The notes beneath the pieces were generated by a model. The model was not told the DNA's origin, made no database searches, and was given only the letters and a program-made list of their open reading frames with translations. Shown here piece by piece: positions 33,250 through 40,000 of a stretch of DNA of 40,000 nucleotides; position 1 is the stretch's first letter; each line of letters starts with the position of its first letter. The position numbers were made by a program, and so were the translations under genes. Location: assembly GCA_947170225.1 (NCBI GenBank), contig CAMVSQ010000006.1:14404-54403 (forward strand). Direction: 5' to 3'. The stretch comes from an uncultured bacterium (GTDB lineage: Bacteria > Patescibacteriota > Gracilibacteria > Absconditabacterales > Absconditicoccaceae).

Positions 33250-34044
33250 ATGAAAAACTTATCAAAAATCTGACTTTTAGCTCTTTCTTTAGGAGTCTTT
33301 ACTTTAGCTTGATGTGGTTCTAATCAAACTCAAGAAGTGGCAAATCAACCAGTAAATGAAGTAATTAATGAAAATAGTACAGATGTCATTCTGAACGAAA
33401 CAAAGTGAAGTGAAGAATCTATAGAAAACACACAAGATTCTTCGTCGCAAAGCTCCTCAGAATGACAGGATACAGAAATGGATTCTTCGGCTATCGCCTC
33501 AGAATGACAAGAAAATAATGAAGATGAAGATAAAATTATAGTTGTTTACTTTTCAAGAGCTGATGAAAATTATCAAGTTGGTAATGTAGAAAAGTGAAAC
33601 ACAAAGCTTTTGGCTGAACACATGATAAGCTATCTATGAGCTGATAGTTTTGAAATAGTCCCAGTTAATCCATATCCAGCTGATTATGATGAAACTACAA
33701 GAATTGCAACACAAGAAAAAGATGAAAATGCTAGACCTGAATATGTATGAGAAGCTACAAATTGGACTGATTACGATGTAGTTTTCCTAGGATATCCAAT
33801 TTGGTGGTGAGACTTACCGATGATAGTTTATACTTTCTTGGACAATCATGATTTCTCATGAAAAAAAGTTTATTTGTTTAATACACATGAATGATCTGGA
33901 AATTCATGAACATACAAATCATTGAAAAATAGATTATCAACTGCTGATGTAAATACAGATTGATTGACTATGAGATGACAAGATGCCAGAAAAGATAGTG
34001 CAAAATCTGAAGTAGAAAACTGGTTAAAAGGTTTATGATTTTAA
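33250..34044 (+). CDS. Flavodoxin-like lipoprotein (264 aa)
   Basis: Signal peptide plus lipobox LAGC (33304-33315, the Gly is UGA), acidic linker, then ..IIVVYFSRADENY.., ..VVFLGYPIWWGDLPM.., ..FNTHEGSG... All 265 codons checked stop-free. Confidence 0.85.
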
Positions 34045-34063
34045 AACAGTAATCTTATAAACT

Positions 34064-34693
34064 ATGCCAAAGAAAGTTATCATAGATATATTGATGTTTG
34101 TGTGTATGATTTTAGAATTCTCTAGATGATATATGCAACCAATCTATCATGAAATAATCTGAATCGCATTACTGATTTTAGTGATTCTTCATCTTTGGTT
34201 TAATAGACAATATTTTCAAAATATTTTCAAGTGAAAATATAATTTGGCTAGAACTGTGATGGTTATAGTAAATGTCTGATTTTTTATAAGTTTCTTTTTG
34301 ACTATAGTTTTTTGAATATTATCATCACAGAATCTGCTAACTTTCACAAATATCCACAGCATGACTTTAATTTCATTGCACAAGGTCTTTGGTTATATTT
34401 CGCTGCTTTTGATGTGAATCCATTTATGAATAAATATCGTATGACTAACTAATAAACTTTCACAAAAAATCTGAAATAAACTTGTGCTTTATGGAATCGA
34501 AGTTCTTTTGATTGCTTACTGAATTTATGCATGGATAAAGCTGAATATATGGAAACATATAATTTGAGAATATTGATTTTGAAATGTAGATGGAAATATT
34601 TGGATTAATATTTTGAATTATCTAGCTGTTGTCGTTATGATTACTCTCGTAGTAAACGAAATCTACAAATTGGCTTTTAAAAAAAATAAATAA
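34064..34693 (+). CDS. DUF4405-like integral membrane protein (209 aa)
   Basis: Four or more hydrophobic helices with conserved His (..YHEIIGIALLILVILHLWFN.., ..SLHKVFGYISLLLMGIHLGIN..). Typically a partner of flavodoxin genes. 630 nt in frame. Confidence 0.65.
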
Positions 34694-34787
34694 ATTTATA
34701 GATAATTTTCCTACTCTATTAAACAACTGTTTACTTACCATTTCTTTTCCTAAACAAAAAAAATCACTCCAAAAGTGAATTTTTTAA

Positions 34788-34864
34788 TGGAGCGGGTGAC
34801 GGGACTCGAACCCGCAACAGTCTGCTTGGAAGGCAGGAACTCTAGCCAATTGAGTTACACCCGC
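34788..34864 (-). tRNA. tRNA-Gly (anticodon TCC), CCA encoded
   Basis: GCGGGTG TA ACTC AATTGGCTA GAGT T CCTGC CTTCCAA GCAGA CTGTT GCGGG TTCGAGT CCCGT CACCCGC T CCA. Confidence 0.9.
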
Positions 34865-34872
34865 ATTTTATT

Positions 34873-34949
34873 TGGTGGGCCTACTTGGACTTGAACCAAG
34901 GACCGACCGGTTATGAGCCGGTTGCTCTAACCAACTGAGCTATAGACCC
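34873..34949 (-). tRNA. tRNA with CAT anticodon (elongator Met, or Ile2 read after lysidine modification), CCA encoded
   Basis: GGGTCTA TA GCTC AGTTGGTTA GAGC A ACCGG CTCATAA CCGGT CGGTC CTTGG TTCAAGT CCAAG TAGGCCC A CCA. Identity cannot be resolved by eye. Confidence 0.85.
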
Positions 34950-35003
34950 AAATACAACCATCAAATATATAATAAAATATATTCAAATTGCAAGACTTTT
35001 TTC

Positions 35004-35037
35004 AAAAAAAGAAAAAAAGCATCCAAACTGGATGCTT
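35004..35037 (-). terminator. Intrinsic terminator of the 319-aa protein gene
   Basis: Perfect 9-bp stem AAGCATCCA aac TGGATGCTT. On the minus strand it is followed by TTTTTTTCTTTTTTT. Confidence 0.75.
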
Positions 35038-35058
35038 CCAAAAATATTTTTTCATAAA

Positions 35059-36018
35059 TTATGCTTTTCTCCTTGCCAATCTATACACTATATACAATAT
35101 CAGCGTACCAAACAAAATCAGCATAATATTTTCTTTTGGTCATACTACTACAGGTTTCACTTCTTTTGGCACTACTTGAGGTGACACAGTCTCTGTATAG
35201 TGGATTGTATAATTTATTTCTTGTGATCAGTCAGACGGCCTCAATTTTACAATATGATCACCATTGTATCTTGCTGTAAAAGTATAAGATTTTCTATCAC
35301 TATCTACATCTCCTAATTTTTCAAAAGTATTTCTATCATCATTCCACAAAAATACTTCAATATTGACATCTGCAAAAGAATTCCATGTTAGTTTTATTTC
35401 ACTTCAATTGAACACATGAGAAACTCAATTAATTGAGTAAACACTAGTCTGATTGTTTGATGCAGTATTGTGTCAGGCACAGTATGTCCCCTCTCCATAG
35501 ACCCTATCATTTATCCTAAAACAAGGATCTTCTCAATTTACTGCGGATTCTTTTCAAGCAACTCACAAATTCAAAAAAGTTGTGACATCATTGACTGTAC
35601 ATTCTCAACTATACACTCATGCAACACCAAGATCCAAAGGTATAGAATAAAGATAATATACTTGTGATTGGTCCAAAGATCTGACATCAAGCTCTACTGA
35701 AAATTTATTTCAATTTATAGAAACATCATCAAAACACCAATAAGCTACAGGATTTCCATATCATCTCTCTGTGGAAGCAGAAAAAATGTAACTAGTAATG
35801 TTTTTAGATCCATCCTTGATCAATGGTGATTCCACATCTACAAAAGAATTTGACACAGACAATATTGATAATCTATCACTTGAATTGTACCCAAAAGATC
35901 AAATCCCACTTTCAGCATAATTCAAAAAATCCAAGATGCTATCTGCAGATACAGATACTCACAAAGAAACCAAAGGTAATAAGGCAAAAGCCATAACCCA
36001 AAAAGTAAATTTTTTCAT
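35059..36018 (-). CDS. Hypothetical secreted, C-terminally anchored protein (319 aa)
   Basis: MKKFTFWVMAFALLPLVSLGVSVSA signal, Fn3-like segment (..IKLTWNSFADVNIEVFLWNDD..YTFTARYNG..), C-terminus ..VVGPKENIMLILFGTLILYIVYRLARRKA. Full frame scanned stop-free. Confidence 0.65.
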
Positions 36019-36216
36019 CAAATACAAAATACATTATAAAACACAACACTTACATGTAGTATAATAAAATATATTATTTTTTTAATACAATTTTCAACAT
36101 TAAATTAACAAAAAATGATAAAATCTTGTTAAAAGATTTGACAATATGAAAATATGTGATATAATTTGGTTATCAAAAAAGAATAAATATCAAAAAATGT
36201 CAATATCCCATCTATA

Positions 36217-36251
36217 TAGACTGTTGACTAACGGCCGTAAACTGTCGATTA
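36217..36251. repeat. Partial heptad element (right-arm-type heptads only), copy 7
   Basis: TAGACTG TTGACTA ACGGCCG TAAACTG TCGATTA. The comM stop codon (36249-36251) is the last TTA. Confidence 0.55.
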
Positions 36252-37796
36252 ACCACTCACAAACATTGTCCTACTTCTGTACTGCATAGCTTCAGCCAAA
36301 TATTTTACCTGCAAATTTTCATCACCCTCCATATCTGCAATAGTCCTTCCAAGTTTGATAATTCTATGTACAAGCCTAGGAGACAGAGTCAACTTATTTG
36401 CAACATTTGCCAAAAAATCTTTTGCTTCACTAGACAAAAGTATATACTGATCAATATCTCTAGATGTCATACCAGCATTTGAAGAAATATTTGTATTTTT
36501 AAATCTTTCTTTTTGGATGTTTCGAGCTTTCATCACTTTTTGTTTTATAGATTCACTACTTTCTCATTTTATATTTTCCAGCAAATTATTTATATTTTCT
36601 CTAGGAATCTCCAAAATCATATCAATCCTATCCAAAAGCGGACCAGAAATTTTTGATTGATATTTTTTTATTTCATTCGCACCACAAGTACAGTGTTTTT
36701 CCATATCTTTGTAATATCCACATTTACAAGGATTCATACTAGCTACAAACATAAAATTAGCCGGATAGATCACAGAGCCAGAGACACGAGAAATACTGAC
36801 ATTTTTGTCTTCCAATGGCTGTCTAAGTACTTCCAAAGTTTCTCTAGGGAATTCCGTCAACTCATCAAAAAATAAAATCCCTTTGTGTGCCAAGCTCACC
36901 TCTCATGGGGTTAAATTTGATCATCATCAGACAATTGAAATTTTGGATGCGGTATGATGGACTTGACGAAAAGGTCTTTTGACAATCAAAGGCAAATCTT
37001 TGTTTAGTTTTCAAATCACTGAATAAATTTGGCTTACTTCCAAAATTTCATCAAAAGAAAGTGGAGGCAAAACACTTTGCAACGCTTTGCTCAGCATAGT
37101 TTTTCCACTTCATGGAGCTCAAACCATAAGGACATTGTGCAATCCAGCAGCAGCAATTCACATAGCTCTTTTGGCTATAATTTGACCTTTGATATTTTCA
37201 AAATCTATATTTGAATCAATTGTAGACAAATTGATATCTGAAATAGATTTCACCGTATTGATTGGCTGGACATCTACTTTTCATGACAAAAAATCGACCA
37301 AATCAATAAAAGTTTCAAATGGATAAATATTTATACCAGAAATATATTCCAATTCATACAAATTATCCTTTGGTATAACAAAATCTTTGTATCATTTTTT
37401 GATCGCTGAAATGACGGACGGCAAAAGTCAATTTACCCTCTTGATACTTCAGTCCAACCCTAATTCACCAAAAAATAAATATCTTGGAATATCTGAAATA
37501 TGAGCAAGTTTTCACTCATTTATCAAAATAAAAATTGCCACAGCCATAGACAGATCAAAACTCGTTCAGACTTTTTTGATATCTGATGGTGCCAAATTTA
37601 ATACATATTTACGATTTGGTAGCTCTATACCAGCGTTGCGAAATGTCGCTCTCAAACGCTCTTTGGATTCTTTGATAGCAGCATCTGGAAGTCAGATAAT
37701 TTCAATATTTGGCACAGATTTATTTAAATCAGCTTCAACTAAAATTTCATATCCCTGTAATCCAATGTTTGTAAAAGTTTTTGTAGTCCAAATCAT
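36249..37796 (-). CDS. comM: YifB/ComM family Mg-chelatase-like AAA+ ATPase (515 aa)
   Basis: Walker A GAPGSGKT (37098-37121, two Gly are UGA), ..GILFFDELTEFPRETLEVLRQPLED.., ..MNPCKCGYY.., ..LSGPLLDRIDM... Joins ORFs 36249..36536 and 36564..36899 through UGA. Confidence 0.9.
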
Positions 37797-37919
37797 TTCT
37801 ATAAAATATCAAAATAAATCTCATTGTCATAAATAACTTTTACAAATCGAAAATCAAGAGATTTTTTGACATTTTTGTTGCCAAAAAAAATATTAAATGC
37901 TAGTCTCAAGCAAATCAAC

Positions 37920-37947
37920 TTGACAAACAAAATTTAATAGATATAAT
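37920..37947 (+). promoter_or_regulatory. Consensus sigma70-type promoter for the 106-aa membrane protein gene
   Basis: TTGACA (37920-37925), 16-nt spacer, TATAAT (37942-37947), 26 nt upstream of the ATG at 37974. Confidence 0.55.
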
Positions 37948-37973
37948 CTCAAAAATAAAAAAATATCAAAAAT

Positions 37974-38294
37974 ATGGAAAACAAAAAAAATTTAATTGGT
38001 AATTTATTGCTTGTCATTGCTGCCATATCTTATATTGCAACGATGGGAGGCATGTTTGGATACCATTTATATGAGATAAATATTCTGCGCTATACAGGTG
38101 TCATAGGGCTTGTTGCCATGTTTGTATGTCTCATCATATTATCCAAGTTTAAAAACAAAATAATAATAAACAAATTCATACTAAAAATATGTGCATTTGT
38201 TTTTGTACTAATTACTGTGTTATCTATTATAGTTGCTACACTAATATTCATTTTCAACATAATAGACCTATTTGTGAGATGGGACTTGGGGTAA
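37974..38294 (+). CDS. Hypothetical small membrane protein (106 aa), UGA-free
   Basis: Intact ORF in both the standard and table-25 readings, TAA stop. Three hydrophobic helices. All 7 Gly are GGN. Confidence 0.6.
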   Translation: MENKKNLIGNLLLVIAAISYIATMGGMFGYHLYEINILRYTGVIGLVAMFVCLIILSKFKNKIIINKFILKICAFVFVLITVLSIIVATLIFIFNIIDLFVRWDLG

Positions 38295-38326
38295 TTATTC
38301 AAGTCCTTTTTTTAAATTACCAAAAT

Positions 38327-39466
38327 TTATTTTTTCAACCGCCAAAATACCATAAACAATGCTAAATTCCCAAACAAAATCCATCCCAGCATACCAAAAA
38401 CAGAAAAATCTTTTCAAATATTATTTTCTTCCAAATTTTCTAAATTTTCAAGATTTCATGTATCTTTTACAATCTCCATCTCTCCACAATCAAGTTTATC
38501 ATTTATCGTTTCCAATATACTCTGAGAATCATTTTCCAAATTTAAATACATTTCAGACAACAATTGACATTCACCACTCGTTCATCTCAAACTTTTTCCC
38601 ATATTTGCTATTTTCCTAAACTGTACAGGATCGATATCATTTAATAAATTCAATTCATCACTTGTCTGAAATTCGTAAATTTTTGTCGTAGTATTTGGTT
38701 TTCCATAAGACTGTTTGTCTGATACACTAATTTCCAGCGCAAACCCAGTATTAAACGGCATCCAAAAATCTGGATAAATTGTCAAAATTTTTCCATTTCG
38801 TATATGTTCTATGCCTTGCAAAGTATAGTCAAGTCCACCCATTTGTACTCTAATACTATCATTATTGACTCATTTTCACACATCATCTATTTCAAACTGA
38901 AAATAAGTATCCAAAGCCACAAAATCTCACGATTCAACGATCGGAAATACCAATTCTACACTTGGTGCAACAATATCTGGATCACATTCTGGCACTTGTG
39001 AAAACTGGAAATTATAATCTCATTGTAATTCAACCATATTTCACCTAGAATCTACCACATAACTTCATTTTGCAAATGAAAAGTCTGATTCTTGCAAATT
39101 TATTCAAACTTTGAAAAACAAAGAAAATATCACACTTTCCAGTCAGTCTCACTTACTTTTTAGCTTACTAAAAATTATTTTGTCATTTTCTACAGTGTAG
39201 CTCAAATTGTTTTCCTTTTCTCCAGCTACCAAAATTCTCAAAATTTCTACATCATCACCATTGTATTCCAGTATAGCATTTAATCAATTTATTTTTGAAT
39301 TTGGTAAAGAAAAAACGACATCTACTTGATTTTCGCAACCCGCATGAAATTTATCTGATGGCTGAAATCTATCTGAAGTATAAACTGGATTTAAATTTAC
39401 TTGTGCAAAAGAAAAACCAAATAAAGACACACAAGCTATAAATCATAATACACATTTTTTCATCAT
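38327..39466 (-). CDS. Hypothetical secreted protein with cohesin-like N-terminal domain and C-terminal TM anchor (379 aa)
   Basis: MMKKCVLGFIACVSLFGFSFAQ signal, ..GCENQVDVVFSLPNSKINGLNAILEYNGDDVEILRI.., C-terminus ..FSVFGMLGWILFGNLALFMVFW[CGG]LKK. Full frame scanned stop-free. Confidence 0.65.
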
Positions 39467-39486
39467 TTTTTCATTTTAATATTTTA

Positions 39487-39560
39487 AAAGTCAACAATCT
39501 TCAGTCTTGAATCTTCAGCTTTTAATTACCGTCAACTGTAGTCTGCCGACTGTTGACTAT
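39487..39560. repeat. Heptad-periodic palindromic intergenic element, copy 8
   Basis: GTCAACA ATCTTCA GTCTTGA ATCTTCA GC .. CCGTCAA CTGTAGT CTGCCGA CTGTTGA CTAT. The stop codon of the upstream gene (39557-39559) is inside the last heptad. Confidence 0.7.
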
Positions 39561-40000
39561 CTACTACTTCTCATCAACATTACCATCACATATCCACGAA
39601 TCTCCAGCATTTTTGGGTCTAGCAATGACACAATTCATTTATCACTCAATATTTCCATATGATTTTTGTAATATTCTGCTGTCCCTGCATATTCTCCATC
39701 TGGTGTTCCATATCTCATCCTAGATAATGCCGTCACAAATTCTGCCCTACTCACCAAATCAAATGGTCTGAAATTATTGTTTGGCATATTGATTCACATA
39801 ATTCATAGCTGATATGCTAGACTTACTCCATTGTCATATTCAGAATCTAATTTTTCATCTACATCGTTAAATTTTGGGACAATTATATTTGCTGGTTTTT
39901 TTCAAAGTACATTGATAGCGTATTTGCTGAGCATCTTTGCCATAGCGATTCTAGTCAAATTTCAGTTCAAATCAGCTTTTTCTACTGTATCCATTGTAGT
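39557..40000 (-). CDS. C-terminal ~147 aa of a second surface protein carrying the same SLH-like anchor module (5' part beyond the window end)
   Basis: ..NLTRIAMAKMLSKYAINVLGKKP..YQLGIMGINMPNNNFRPFDLVSRAEFVTALSRMRYG..YYKNHMEILSDKGIV... Clear nucleotide similarity of 39736-39806 to 6230-6300. Confidence 0.75.

Noticed and set aside
1244-39560. Heptad elements acting as sigma70 promoters, because TTGACT-like words occur in several arms
   Set aside because: No -10-like hexamer lies at 16-18 nt spacing in any copy I checked (copies 1, 4, 5 and 8), so a standard promoter function is not supported by sequence alone.
1-40000. UGA = Trp (translation table 4, Mollicutes-like), given the AT-rich composition
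   Set aside because: UGA falls on invariant Gly in DKTGT, GxxGxGKT, SGGPDS, GLGT and CIGGIPGN, and TGG is used at Trp positions.

Overview
Strongly AT-rich bacterial chromosome segment that cannot be read with the standard code. UGA falls on invariant glycines in many conserved motifs (translation table 25, the Gracilibacteria/Absconditabacteria-SR1 lineage), which is why the supplied standard-code ORF track is fragmented. I re-called genes by hand with only TAA/TAG as stops. CGA, and possibly CGG, repeatedly falls on conserved tryptophans, pointing to a second Arg->Trp reassignment. Mostly minus-strand content: PEP synthase, pyruvate kinase, an AMP-salvage/RuBisCO cluster (two DeoA-type phosphorylase paralogs, ribose-1,5-bisphosphate isomerase, form II/III-like RuBisCO), a 1389-aa surface protein, a P-type ATPase, tmRNA, four tRNAs, rpsA, rpsO, tilS, yceD, mltG and comM. 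A roughly 9-kb accessory block (25.7-34.7 kb) carries two aldo/keto reductases, an interrupted cupin, an AraC regulator, an alpha/beta hydrolase, a single-chain R-M-S enzyme, a flavodoxin lipoprotein and DUF4405. The most unusual signal is a family of eight intergenic elements (seven 65-84 bp palindromes plus one 35-bp partial copy) built from 7-nt repeats (GTCNCTA / TAGNGAC). They form hairpins and place TAG/TAA stops in all six frames, often abutting or containing the upstream gene's stop codon. Two GC-rich multi-hairpin elements and candidate AraC operators are also reported. All coordinates were derived by manual reading, and no database search was run.
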